A DNA stretch of 63,820 nucleotides, counting the filler, from Octopus bimaculoides (Eukaryota), in NCBI RefSeq assembly GCF_001194135.2. It is 7 parts of 7 records of this genome, joined end to end, with 100 filler letters (N's around TTAATTAATTAA, not from the genome) between each part and the next. Parts side by side here need not be neighbours in the genome. Positions count along the whole stretch, not along the records: positions 1 to 14,361 come from NC_069003.1; positions 14,462 to 41,293 come from NC_068981.1; 5 more parts are not named here. The stretch is one strand, 5' to 3'. The number at the start of each line of letters is the position of its first letter. Position 1 is the stretch's first letter. Positions 12,421 to 25,002 of this stretch are shown here, one piece after another. The notes below the pieces were generated by a model. The model worked only from the letters and a program-made list of their open reading frames with translations. It made no database searches and was not told where the DNA came from. Made by a program: the position numbers and the translations under genes.

Positions 12421-13427
12421 AGCCCTACTTGTAAATCATTTTGCACTTCTGGTTCGGTGGAGCAACCAACAATCACCAGTGCTATTTTGCTGGCGGCAGC
12501 CATTTTAACTTACGTTAACTATTTGTTGTTATTGGTGTTCCACTTAGTCCGACTACAAGATTGCTATTGAGACATAAGGTGAGGGTTAGGAAGAGGATAA
12601 GACCTAAGAAGGGGTCAGGCCGATGTGTGGTGGTGGGGTGAGGAGACTGTCAGTCGCCATTGTTCTTAATCTTGCTGTAATTATGACCACTATGTAAACA
12701 AAAGCCAACACAAGAAGGATGCGTGTGTACGTGCGGGTGTACGTGTGTGTGTGTACGTGCGTATGTGTGTGTAAGTACGAAGTGTGTGTGTACGTGTGTG
12801 TGTGTACGTGTGTGTACGTGTGTGTGTGTACGTGTGTGTACGTGTGTGTGTGTACGTGTGTGTACGTACGTGTGTGTGAGTATGCATCGCTCTCTTTCTC
12901 TCTCTTTTTCTCTCTCTCTCTCTCTCTCTGTATTTATCTCTATATCACACACACACACACACACGCCTATAGCCGATGGGGTTAAGCCAATCGCCGTGTC
13001 ATTCCGATGCAACATAAGATTGATTTTCTTATGAGATAATTGGTTGTGTATACTGTGCAAAGGATACAATGTCATACTAGCGGATTGCGTTATATATACG
13101 TGTGTGTGTGTGATGGAGGTACTGTCATGTCAATTTCTTCGTATACGCAACCGATCGTTTATCGACACGTTCGATCTCATTATTGGAGAAGCGTATGAAG
13201 TGTTTAACTATTATCCAGACACGTGTGCCTTTTAAAAGTCATTCTCAAGTAGAATCAGCGCGACACAATGTGCGAAGGCTAAACCTTTTCAATCACATCT
13301 GCAGTCCATTCGACAGGGCTTCGACACAGTCTCCGCCAGCCGATATTTGCTCACATGACGTGATTTAAAATCTTTTAATCAATTAATCTCAGATTGAACG
13401 AAAAATACAAATTCATTCATTGTGTAT

Positions 13428-13635
13428 CTTGTTTCATTCATTGGATTGCGGCCATGCTGGAGCACCGCCTTCAAGGGTTTCGTCCAACACCTCCTCCCCA
13501 GTGTTTTTTTATTTTTGCTTTTTCTTAAGTCTGGTACTCTATCGGTAACATTTTCTGAACCACTGCTTACGGGACGTAAACACACTAACACCGGTGGTCA
13601 GGCGGTGGTGGGAGACGAACACACGCGTGTATATG

Positions 13636-13667
<32 letters not shown>

Positions 13668-13818
13668 ATGAACTCACATGACGGGCTTCTTCCAGTTATC
13701 GTTTGCTAAATCCACTCGTAAGTCTATAATGAAAGACACTTGGCCGAGTTGCCACGCAGAAGGACTGAACCCGGAACCTTGTGGTTGGGAAGCAAACTTT
13801 TTACCACTCTGCTACGCC
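13428..13818 (-). mobile_element. SINE family C, diverged full-length copy with expanded internal (TA)n
   Basis: Head ..GTGGTAAAAAGTTTGCTTCCCAACCACAAGGTTCCGGGTTCAGTCC and tail GGCGGTGCTCCAGCATGGCCGCA are both present. Confidence 0.85.
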
Positions 13819-14023
13819 TTTCTTAATATATCTATGTTAATATATTTGTTGAAATTTTTCTGAACTTCAGCAGTTTAAACTAAAACGAGAAATAAGCTAA
13901 GAGTACCGCGAGATGACATTTTTCTCGTGTTTCAAGATCATTGACCTCTCAGTCTTCCTTCTTCCGAAGAAATAAAGAGAAAAGCTGATTCGAATGAAAT
14001 CTAACATTTTTCGAATCCCAAGT

Positions 14024-14361
14024 GCAGCGCGCTGGCAGAATCGTTGGATCACCAGGCAAAATACTTAGCGGCATTTCGTCCGTCTTTACGTTCTGAGTTC
14101 AAATCCGCCGAGGTCGGCTTTGCCTTTCGTCCTTTCGGGGTCAATAAAATAAGTACCAGTCAAGCACTGGGCTTGATGTGTTCGATTAAGTCCCCCCCCC
14201 ACCAAATATTTCAGGCCCTGTGCCTTAAATAGAAAGAATTATTATTGAGGTGGTGAGCTGGCAGAATCGCTAGAACGTCAAGGAAAATGCTCAGCGACAT
14301 TTCGTCCATGTTTACTTTCGGAGTTCAAATTCTGCCGAGGTTTGACTTGGCGTTTTACACC
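14024..14361 (+). mobile_element. Two tandem SINE family A copies (14024-14245; 14249-14361, cut by the spacer)
   Basis: Same head, core and tail motifs; the second copy starts after attattatt. Confidence 0.88.
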
Positions 14362-14461
14362 NNNNNNNNNNNNNNNNNNNNNNNNNNNNNNNNNNNNNNN
14401 NNNNNTTAATTAATTAANNNNNNNNNNNNNNNNNNNNNNNNNNNNNNNNNNNNNNNNNNNN
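14362..14461. other. Artificial scaffold-join spacer 44N-TTAATTAATTAA-44N (also at 41338, 50750, 58207, 60658, 62467)
   Basis: Identical 12-mer with stops in all six frames, centred in a 100-bp block, six times. Confidence 0.95.
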
Positions 14462-15536
14462 GCGAAAGTTAAGTCCCCTAAATGATTCTGTAAACTACGA
14501 AACAAGTAATATTCTGAAGGAGCAAGGTCGGGAGAATAAGGTGGATGAGAATGTTTTTCCCAACCAAGCTCTTCGAGCTCCTGTGTGGGGTCGTGCTTTG
14601 TCCTGATGAAACATCACACCTTTTCGATTCATTAAAGCGGTTCTTTTTTTTCTTCAAAGTTTTTTTCAAACGCTCTAATTGCTGACAATAGACTTGAACA
14701 TTGATTGTTGGATTGAGTGGTAACAATTCAAAGTGAATTACTCCTTTGCAATCCCAACAGATAGAGAGAACTTTTTTCCCCATGAAGTTCCCTTCTCGGT
14801 TGTGGTTGAGTTTTTTTCTCTTTTACCAAGTCACTGCTTACATTTAACATTTCGATAGAAGATCCATTTTTCCTCACCAGTCACAACTCTATCCAAGAAG
14901 GGTGAAATGACTTCGCGAGAATGGACAGAAGAGCAGATGTCAACTCGGGTTTTGTGGTTGTTTTAAGACAATTCATGAGGCACCCATTTTCCAAGTTTAG
15001 GAAGCTTTCCAAGTTGTTGAAGATGACGATGAACTGTTATATGGTTTGAACTAAGCTTTATTGCCAATTCTTCAACTGATAATGCAAGATTTTCTTCAAG
15101 TAATGCCTCAAGGAACATATCGTCAAACTCAACTGGACATCCTGATCTATCTTCATCTTCAAGGCTCAAATTTATCTTAACCTTTTTGGGGGCGGTTTAT
15201 CTTAACCTTTTTTGAGGCGACTCTACTTTCTTTCATTCAAGCATTCTTTCCCATATTCTAAGTGTATGTTTCGCGTCGCTTCGGCTGCAGAGTTTCCTTT
15301 TTTGTACTCATAAAGAATTATGAGCCTCAAATATTCTTTTGATACTTCCTTGTTAGAAAGGGTTTTAATCAAAGAAAGATTAATTCTATTATTCTGTAAA
15401 ATAATATTTAATTAGTTTCAACGTACACAAATGCATAAAAATAATTTTTAATTCCATTAGACATTCTAAAAAACTATTAAATTTCATTCAATTTTATAAA
15501 AGGTAAAATCGGACAGAACTTATGGGATGACACGAT
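14462..15536 (-). mobile_element. Mariner transposon remnant with pseudogenised transposase; 3' end cut at the scaffold edge
   Basis: Fragments EYLRLIILYEYKKGNSAAEATRNI, LEDEDRSGCPVEFDD..LGKWVPHELS, RVVTGEEKWIFY, ICWDCKGVIHFELLPLNPTINVQVYCQQLERL. TIR-like ATCGTGTCATCCCATAAGTTCTGTCCG at the 5' end. Multiple frameshifts. Confidence 0.92.
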
Positions 15537-17924
15537 TGACTGACACGCCAAAATATGAAAACGAGAACATATATATACATATATANNNNNNNNNNNNNNN
15601 NNNNNNNNNNNNNNNNNNNNNNNNNNNNNNNNNNNNNNNNNNNNNNNNNNNNNNNNNNNNNNNNNNNNNNNNNNNNNNNNNNNNNNNNNNNNNNNNNNNN
15701 NNNNNNNNNNNNNNNNNNNNNNNNNNNNNNNNNNNNNNNNNNNNNNNNNNNNNNNNNNNNNNNNNNNNNNNNNNNNNNNNNNNNNNNNNNNNNNNNNNNN
15801 NNNNNNNNNNNNNNNNNNNNNNNNNNNNNNNNNNNNNNNNNNNNNNNNNNNNNNNNNNNNNNNNNNNNNNNNNNNNNNNNNNNNNNNNNNNNNNNNNNNN
15901 NNNNNNNNNNNNNNNNNNNNNNNNNNNNNNNNNNNNNNNNNNNNNNNNNNNNNNNNNNNNNNNNNNNNNNNNNNNNNNNNNNNNNNNNNNNNNNNNNNNN
16001 NNNNNNNNNNNNNNNNNNNNNNNNNNNNNNNNNNNNNNNNNNNNNNNNNNNNNNNNNNNNNNNNNNNNNNNNNNNNNNNNNNNNNNNNNNNNNNNNNNNN
16101 NNNNNNNNNNNNNNNNNNNNNNNNNNNNNNNNNNNNNNNNNNNNNNNNNNNNNNNNNNNNNNNNNNNNNNNNNNNNNNNNNNNNNNNNNNNNNNNNNNNN
16201 NNNNNNNNNNNNNNNNNNNNNNNNNNNNNNNNNNNNNNNNNNNNNNNNNNNNNNNNNNNNNNNNNNNNNNNNNNNNNNNNNNNNNNNNNNNNNNNNNNNN
16301 NNNNNNNNNNNNNNNNNNNNNNNNNNNNNNNNNNNNNNNNNNNNNNNNNNNNNNNNNNNNNNNNNNNNNNNNNNNNNNNNNNNNNNNNNNNNNNNNNNNN
16401 NNNNNNNNNNNNNNNNNNNNNNNNNNNNNNNNNNNNNNNNNNNNNNNNNNNNNNNNNNNNNNNATATATATATATATATAGTAATGGTAAAACAACAAAT
16501 GAATGAATGAGACGACGATATATGAATTTATCTAAGTGAAAATTAATGGTTGCCATAAGACACCGAGTTTCGGATGATGGGTCGGAAAACCGCTCCGGCA
16601 TCTCGTCATTTATCGAGGAAATTGAAAAAATGGCTCCATTTTTTCAATGGCGTCCATAACTGACGAGATGCTGGAGCAGTTTATCGTAACCTTTTCTGAG
16701 GTGACTCTACTTTATGCTGTTTCCTCCCATCATTCTATAATTACACTTTCTCCCCTTCACCGTTTTATATTCATCTCTCTCTCCCCTCTTTCTCTTTTTC
16801 TCACTCTCGTTTCTCACACATGACCATCGTCCATCTTTCTTTCCATCACGGGACCATCTTTCTTTTCCTTCAGGACATCCTTGGGACTGGATGTCTTTTA
16901 TCGCTCTCATTTTCTTTTCTCTTTTCAAAGAAGAGATTTCTACAGTGTTTGCTAGTTTACCATCCTTGTGGTGTAACAAACCTTCGTGTTTGTCTTCCTT
17001 CGGTTTACTTGTATATCTCAACAGTCCTGTTTTTTTTTCCCAAAATTTGACCCTGCATAAATCGAAAATTTTATTTCGCTATTTATGGGAGCAATTATCT
17101 TCGAAGACTCACATTGTCGTTCAATACTCAAAATGAGGAGTAGATAGACAACTGATGAATTGTCGTTTCTTGTGTTCTTGTACTGTTTTCCATTATTTTA
17201 TTTCGTTGTTTGCGTATTTAGCTCATATATTTTCGCATTTATTCATATACATATATATATATATATATATANNNNNNNNNNNNNNNNNNNNNNNNNNNNN
17301 NNNNNNNNNNNNNNNNNNNNNNNNNNNNNNNNNNNNNNNNNNNNNNNNNNNNNNNNNNNNNNNNNNNNNNNNNNNNNNNNNNNNNNNNNNNNNNNNNNNN
17401 NNNNNNNNNNNNNNNNNNNNNNNNNNNNNNNNNNNNNNNNNNNNNNNNNNNNNNNNNNNNNNNNNNNNNNNNNNNNNNNNNNNNNNNNNNNNNNNNNNNN
17501 NNNNNNNNNNNNNNNNNNNNNNNNNNNNNNNNNNNNNNNNNNNNNNNNNNNNNNNNNNNNNNNNNNNNNNNNNNNNNNNNNNNNNNNNNNNNNNNNNNNN
17601 NNNNNNNNNNNNNNNNNNNNNNNNNNNNNNNNNNNNNNNNNNNNNNNNNNNNNNNNNNNNNNNNNNNNNNNNNNNNNNNNNNNNNNNNNNNNNNNNNNNN
17701 NNNNNNNNNNNNNNNNNNNNNNNNNNNNNNNNNNNNNNNNNNNNNNNNNNNNNNNNNNNNNNNNNNNNNNNNNNNNNNNNNNNNNNNNNNNNNNNNNNNN
17801 NNNNNNNNNNNNNNNNNNNNNNNNNNNNNNNNNNNNNNNNNNNNNNNNNNNNNNNNNNNNNNNNNNNNNNNNNNNNNNNNNNNNNATATATATATATATA
17901 TATATATAATTATGGGAACGAGAA

Positions 17925-18200
17925 TGATCCCCAACTATTCAAACCTGTTCGTTGGCTACGCTGAGGCCCAAATATTTTCAAGATTCACTGGTCCCACTGC
18001 CCAACTCTACGGTCTTTATATTGATGACTGTATCAGTGCGACCTCACTTTCCCGCGAGCAAATAGATTTTTCTTCTCTTTTGTCCAATCCTTCCATTCTG
18101 CTCTCGAATTCTCCGGCACCATCTCCAACACTTTCTTCGCATTTCACGACATTTCGGTCAACATACACTACTCCACTCTCATTATAAACACACCGACTCA
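17925..18200 (+). mobile_element. Penelope-like element RT fragment
   Basis: PNYSNLFVGYAEAQIFSRFTGPTAQLYGLYIDDCISATSLSREQ is a PLE-type YIDD region. It is homologous to 20430-21065. Confidence 0.85.
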
Positions 18201-19062
18201 AACTCATAGCTCAACATGTTTTTGAAGGTTTTAATGATGAAATCCGGAACGTCATAATCACGTCAGATCCTGATCATGATATTCTTGTCGATGGAATTAC
18301 ATGCCCCACGAAATGCTCCTTTGTTGCGATTTGGAATCTTCTCAATCACATTTCGTAGGGTTAAAACTTGCGAAGAGGTTGATCTGACCTGCCGGAAGCC
18401 ATTTTCCATCTCTTCTCATATACATACTTATTTTAAAATATATGATTGTTTGAGAATAAAATTATTTCCTTATCTGTATCTTTCAATACTTCTCAACACT
18501 TCTATGGCAAACTTTGTTTGTTGACATTCAACGGAAGTTGAATTAAATATATGCTTACATACAATATACATTATAGAAATAAGCTTGTTGTCATAATAAT
18601 ATATTGAGGCAGGTGTTACTTATTTGTATTTTCAATATGATACTTAACTCGTAGTACATCGAGCTTACTACCAATTTGATGTCGGCACTGAAATTAGTAT
18701 TTCTAATTTTCATATGTGAAATCAAAAGTGGAATTCTAGCGATATTCTGCATCTGAAGTCTCAGATACTGTCGAGGAAACATTTAGATATACATTTTGTA
18801 TTGCAATGAAACATATAGTGTTAAGGCACAATTTGACTAGCAACAAACAGATAGAAAGGTCACATTATTTCGTTGAAAATAAGACTGTTAATGCCACGCA
18901 ATGTGTAGAAAAATGGTTACTAGGAATACATTGGATATACAAACTATGGCATTTATTTCGGTTATAACTCTACTAATAGTGTATTTATGTATACTATTTA
19001 ATGTGAACATTACAATAGTATATACTTTCACGTTGATGAAATCCGAAAGATGGTTTTACAGC

Positions 19063-19130
<68 letters not shown>

Positions 19131-19715
19131 NNNNNNNNNNNNNNNNNNNNNNNNNNNNNNNNNNNNNNNNNNNNNNNNNNNNNNNNNNNNNNNNNNNNNN
19201 NNNNNNNNNNNNNNNNNNNNNNNNNNNNNNNNNNNNNNNNNNNNNNNNNNNNNNNNNNNNNNNNNNNNNNNNNNNNNNNNNNNNNNNNNNNNNNNNNNNN
19301 NNNNNNNNNNNNNNNNNNNNNNNNNNNNNNNNNNNNNNNNNNNNNNNNNNNNNNNNNNNNNNNNNNNNNNNNNNNNNNNNATATATATAAAGATAAAGAG
19401 AGATAGAGAAAGAGAGAAAGAAAGTCCGATGATGGCTTAGCCTGCAGAAACTTCGCAGACCCTTTCAATACCACATTTCTTAAAGATCATTAAATTTGAA
19501 ATCTATAAGACAAATATTAATTACATATGCATTGATATACAGACTCATATGTACAAACATAAATACTTATAGATACACTTATAGATATATGGATATATAT
19601 TGAGAATAATCAGTATATTATTCAGGGCAAACTACATATTATGACGAACGAAAGAATTTGAATAACAGACGAAACCCGAAAAAAATTCAGAAGGCAATAA
19701 GGAACGGAAAACGTT

Positions 19716-20410
19716 CGTCAAATAGTTCGTCGTTATTCGAATTTTTTACCCATGCAAATCCTTTAGTGAACAATAGTGATTTCCCTACATGCCTGATAGA
19801 ATCTAGTTCTATAGATTTTTCCGCACATGTTTGATAAAATCTAGGTCTATAGGGTCAATATCAACATATGATTTAGGAGAATCAATAGCTTTATCAAGCA
19901 TCGGTTTCGATATAGAGGGATAAAAGTCTATAATAATAACCTGGGGCCATAGGATAGAGCTGACGTCCGTAATCTCGTGATTCTATATATATTAAACTCA
20001 TTGAGATATATATAGATGCCCATCTCATGACGTTGGCCTATACACTGACGACGAATTGGGTATTTCTCATGGGTGTGATGGTCACACCCTTTATATATTT
20101 AGAAATTATAATTACAGTAGCTAATAATCTCTCTATAGTTGATTATTTAGATGTTTCCTTATAGTTAAACTCCTCCCCGTATAAATCTTTCCCTAAGCCT
20201 AATAAGAAACTCGCATATATACATAAATTCTTGTCAATCTCCATTAATATTTAGAAACCTGATAGCTAATATTAGTAACAGAGAAAGCTGACCTCTATCA
20301 TAACAAGATCCTAGCCAATATTGACTTCAAAGATAAATTAATAAACAATCCCTCTAATAATAAACAAAATACCAATAATAGATCTAGTGGCATGAAAGAT
20401 AAAGTTATAC
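19716..20410. mobile_element. PLE RT remnant of a second family (YRDD-type); 19716-19940 on the minus strand, 19941-20410 on the plus strand
   Basis: Minus: IIIDFYPSISKPMLDKAIDSPKSYVDID..KSLLFTKGFAWVKNSNNDELFD. Plus: ..LYILNSL..DVGLYTDDELGI..IVDYLDVSL*LNSSPYKSFPKPNKKLAYIHK..LYHNKILANIDFKDKL. Confidence 0.8.
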
Positions 20411-20429
20411 TTAACCACAGGGCACGGTC

Positions 20430-21650
20430 CACATAACGTGCCCTGGCAAGTGATGTGTGGGTAGTGGTGAGGGGATATTCAGGAAGGATGAAGTGATGAG
20501 ATCTGAGTTGAGACTAAGTATCAAAGTCATAGTTGTCACTGCATAGTCTACGCAGACGGAGGAATCGGGAGTAGGGGATGGAGAGCTTGGCGGATTAGGG
20601 TGGGAACAGGTGAAGTTAAGGTTGGTGTCTCTGTAGTGGATGGAGGTAGTGAGAGTGGAGTGGTGTATTTTGAGAGAAATGTCAAGAAAGGCGACAGAAG
20701 AGTTGGAAATAGTGCAGGAGAATTCGAGGTCGGGGATGGAAGTATTAGACAAAAGAGAAATTTAGTTGCTTCCAGGAGACTGAGGTCGCTCTGATACATT
20801 CATCCATATAACGATTGTATTGTCGGGGAGTGGGCCAAATGAATCGTGAGAATGTTTAGGACTCAAAGTAGCCAACGAACAGGTTTTCATAGTTGGGCCA
20901 TTTTCATTCCCATGGCCACTGTTGATAAAAATTACCCGCGAACGAGGAACATTTGAGGGAGAGAACAAGTTCGGCCAGACGAAGTGTAGAGTTGTCAAGA
21001 AGGGATTTGGGTCGATGTTCCAGAAAGTGTTTAAGTGCAAGAATTTCTCAGTTGTGTGGGATCAGCGTATATAGACCCTTGACATCACTTGTCTCTACCT
21101 CTCCACCACTACCATCTTCACAGGCACCCATCATCATAGCTATCATCACTGTCTCCTTTAACTGCACTTCTAGCAACGTCATTTACTAGATCTCTTGCTC
21201 TTTTTGTCATTCTCTTTATATCGGACAAACAGGTCGCCGCTTGGCTAACCAGTTCGCAGGGCACCTACCAGACATCAGACTCGGCTTTTACACTCAGGTC
21301 TCGCACCATTTCCGCTCTACTGGTCATTCACTATAACTGTCTTCGTTTGGATTGTCTTTACACAGGGGCTATCCGGACTCACGCCTTCGCCGTGAAAAGA
21401 ATTTCATCTTGTCTATTCGCTGCTTTGCCTCACGTGGGCTTAATTCCCCTCTCCTCTTCATCTTACTCCCCCTATCCTCTCTTCATCTGACACCTACTTT
21501 CCTCTTGACTCCTACCCACCTCTCCTCCCTTCATCCGGCACCTACTTCTGTCTTAACTCCTACCTACCTTCTCTCTTCAATGATACCACCCTCACTACAC
21601 TCCCACACACGCCACCTACCCTTACCCACACCTTCACTCCCACATCCTCG
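20430..21650. mobile_element. PLE remnant: RT on the minus strand (20430-21065), GIY-YIG endonuclease on the plus strand (21070-21450), then a pyrimidine-rich tail
   Basis: Minus: ..DLEFSCTISNSSVAFLDISLKIHHSTLTTSIHYRDT. Plus: SFNCTSSNVIY*ISCSFCHSLYIGQTGRRLANQFAGHL..HHFRSTGHS..RLRREKNFILSIRCFASRGLNSP. Confidence 0.9.
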
Positions 21651-21706
21651 CGCCCAATCACCCCCACACTACACTACACCACACACCAGTTTCACACTGT
21701 TTTGAT

Positions 21707-21781
<75 letters not shown>

Positions 21782-22982
21782 TAAATTATATATGTGTGTA
21801 TGTGTCTGTGCGTGTGCATTCGTGAGTGTTGTCTGTGTGTGCGCACACGTGTATGTACAGATATAAATACGCGCATATATATCGTGTAATATTGCTCTGA
21901 GTTTAGGAACTATATGCAGTCTAGGGAAAAGCAATTCTTTTTCTATTATACAGCCTAATTTGCTGTGCACCCACGTTTCGACTACAGTTTTTGTGGATCG
22001 AATAAAGATGTATTATGTTCTTTGAATATGATGTTTCCTGGAAACTTCACTATAGCGTTTAGTTAATCATGCCTTGAACAAGCGATAATGCTTTTAATTT
22101 GTTTCATTATAAATCGTATTCATATGAATTATTTGTGCTGTAAAATCTGACAGTGGTTGCATTTCAACACACATATTAGTTGCTGACTGTTGAAATAAAC
22201 ATGATAATATAATGCTGTGATGTTATTAGTTAGCTGGCCTCAGGGGAAAGGAAAATGTGCATGCTCTTCACTACGGTTTGACTTTTTGCCGCTATATAGC
22301 TAATAGAGCAACGCTATTGTGTAACGATGGAGATGAAAATGTTCAATGAAATTAATTACAGTGATTGCAGTGCTATTAAAAATCTCTATCACTGTTGATG
22401 AATTAAAATCTCAAAATTTAAGTAATGATTTCAAAAATAAGTTCTGTCCTCGTGAAATTTATTTACAAAACCAAGATATTTTTTATTAATAATTTTAAAA
22501 CTATATGCTTTAACGTCTGCATAGTGAAGTTTCATACTTTTAGAAACTACTCATTGCTTTATATGATATATATGTTATAGAAGGGGAAACTTTTACTACA
22601 ATCGTAATCAATATTACTATAACTAAAGGAGGAGGAAAAAATAATAAAATGAAACAGTAACAGGAGAGGTTAAAAAAGAAATGAAAAGGGTAAAATAAGA
22701 GGGAAGAAAAATTTAAATTATATGCCGTATATAAAATGAAATTTGTAATGAAATTTAAGAAAGTACTAATAACGTTAAGCGGTGTAGTGCATGTCTAGAG
22801 GAGCTGTTTCCCGACAATTGTATTGCCAGGGAAAAAGGAAAACAGTTGCAGACATAGAGAGCGGTATGTCTGTATTCACACGATTACTGTTCCCTACTCA
22901 GTAAGCGAGAGATTCTATTTCTCCAAAATTTTCTTTGATGAAGTCACGGACTAAACATCTCACTTTTGGACTTTATGTTGGT

Positions 22983-23330
22983 TCACATCTCGAACGAATT
23001 CATTAGTATCTTTTCTCTGCCGGCCAAGCAAAGTTTGCATCGTCTGCTCCCATTCAGGTGTGATCCAGGTTGTTGCAGTAGCTTCCAGTTAACCTCGTAT
23101 GGCGCACCATCTTCTTTTAAATGCCGGCAGTAAATGTCAGTAGGAGGCTTTCGAACCTGTCCTTCAATAAAGAGATTTTCAATAATGCAACCACCTATTA
23201 CAACAAGTCTTTGGCATCCAGTGAGTCCAAGGGTCGTTTCTGCTTTATGGCGAGTCCCAGCAATCTCAAAAGAAAATGACACTATAGAATGTTTTGGATT
23301 GCTCCACCATTCTCACTCCACGGCAAGACT
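22983..23330 (-). mobile_element. PLE C-terminal (GIY-YIG distal) fragment
   Basis: ..YCRHLKEDGAPYEVNWKLLQQPGSHLNGSRRCKLCLAGREKILM resembles the PLE C-terminal WxIL..NGSxRCxLCLxEK motif. Confidence 0.7.
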
Positions 23331-23464
23331 TGAGTCGGAAGTATCTTTCCCATTTTACTGGTCAAGCATTTGAAAGAGTCCCAAGAACACAACTAACATC
23401 TGCACAGAAGCAGAATGCTCATGCAGTGTTAGCAGCGAGTACCCAATGAGTGGGAGATCAATTC

Positions 23465-24000
23465 TACTCTGAGGCCGTGGTTACGAGTCTGTGATTGTGA
23501 GCGGATTTGACGGAAGCAATGACAACATTAGCAGCACTGGCAAGAATGGCAGAAGTACCAACAGTGTGCCCGGTGGTAACAGCAACAACGAGAGAAGTGG
23601 CAGCCACATCGACACCAACACAAGCAGCAGATCTGGAAGTAATGGCAGTAACTGTAGTGATAGCAGTAGCAACAACACCAACAATAGCAACAACAAGAAC
23701 AGCAATAACGATAGAAGCAAAGATAACAGTAACAACAACTGCGGGTGCGGTCGTAACTGCAGCATTGGCTGCGATATCAACTACAGCAGCAACAACTGCA
23801 GCACCAGCAAAGCGTCCAACAGTAGTCAGCGGTAACTTTAGCGATAGCAGTAACAACAACAGCAGCACCTAAAACGCATCCGGAAGTAGCAGCAGCAACG
23901 GCAGCGAGCAGTAGCAAGAACACTAACAATTGTGGCACCAACAACGCACTAAGAAATTGCAACAGCAACGATAGCAGCAGCTACAAAAACAACTGCATCG
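23465..24000. repeat. Degenerate (GCA/ACA/GTA)n trinucleotide low-complexity tract
   Basis: Stop-free frames on both strands, typical of CAN/GCA repeat DNA. Confidence 0.8.
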
Positions 24001-24132
24001 GTATAATCCTAATTTCAAAAGTAGGTGTAGCGAATCACCTTTCTTCCTGGGAGAATAATAGGTACGAAGACAATGGTAACTCCCTGAATTCTATTAACCA
24101 ACAACTGCATCAAATATATAAATGTGCGCATC

Positions 24133-24162
<30 letters not shown>

Positions 24163-24164
<2 letters not shown>

Positions 24165-24563
24165 CTCTTTTACTCTTTTACTTTTTTCAGTCTTTTGACT
24201 GTGGCCATGTTGGAGCACCGCCTTTAGTCGAGCAAATCGACCCCAGGACTTAATCTTTAGAAGCCTAGTACTTATTCTGTCAGTCTCTTTTGCCGAACCG
24301 CTATGTTACGAGGACATAAACACACCAGCATCGGTTGTCAAGCGATGTTGGGGGAAGCAACACAGACACACAAACACATACATATTTATATACATATATA
24401 CGACAGGCTTCTTTCAGTTTCCGTCTACCAAATCCACTCACAAGGCTTTGGTCGGCCCGAGGCTATAGTGGAAGAAATTCGCCCAAGATGCCACGCAGTG
24501 GGACTGAACCCGGAACCATGTGGTTGGTAAGCAAGCTACTTACCACACATCCACTCCTGCGCC
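24163..24563 (-). mobile_element. SINE family C, full length
   Basis: Head GGCGCAGGAGTGGATGTGTGGTAAGTAGCTTGCTTACCAACCACATGGTTCCGGGTTCAGTCCC through to tail (AAAAGAGT)n. Confidence 0.92.
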
Positions 24564-24567
24564 TTAC

Positions 24568-24600
<33 letters not shown>

Positions 24601-24653
24601 TACATATATACATATATATATATATAGAGAGAGANNNNNNNNNNTACACATAT

Positions 24654-24697
<44 letters not shown>

Positions 24698-24698
24698 G

Positions 24699-24699
<1 letters not shown>

Positions 24700-24770
<71 letters not shown>
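24700..24770. repeat. (GATA)n tetranucleotide microsatellite (another at 51430-51490)
   Basis: Direct. Confidence 0.95.
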
Positions 24771-24771
<1 letters not shown>

Positions 24772-25002
24772 AACCACACATTCTGATTTGTAATAAATAC
24801 ACTGAACTCTCTCACGCACACTCAGATATAGCCATGCATTACCGAATATATCAAACTTAGATAAACTTAGATATGTTTCGACCAAAGATTGGTCCAGGTC
24901 ATGTCTAACTTAATAGCACAACCTGATAGGATTATCTAAATACACAAACTTTTCAACGGTGCATTCACTATTATACATTAAGTCATCAATAACTGACGTG
25001 CA

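Noticed and set aside
23464-23968. Mucin- or antifreeze-like Thr/Ala/Val-rich ORFs
   Set aside because: Open in several frames on both strands because of trinucleotide low complexity; no splice or start context.
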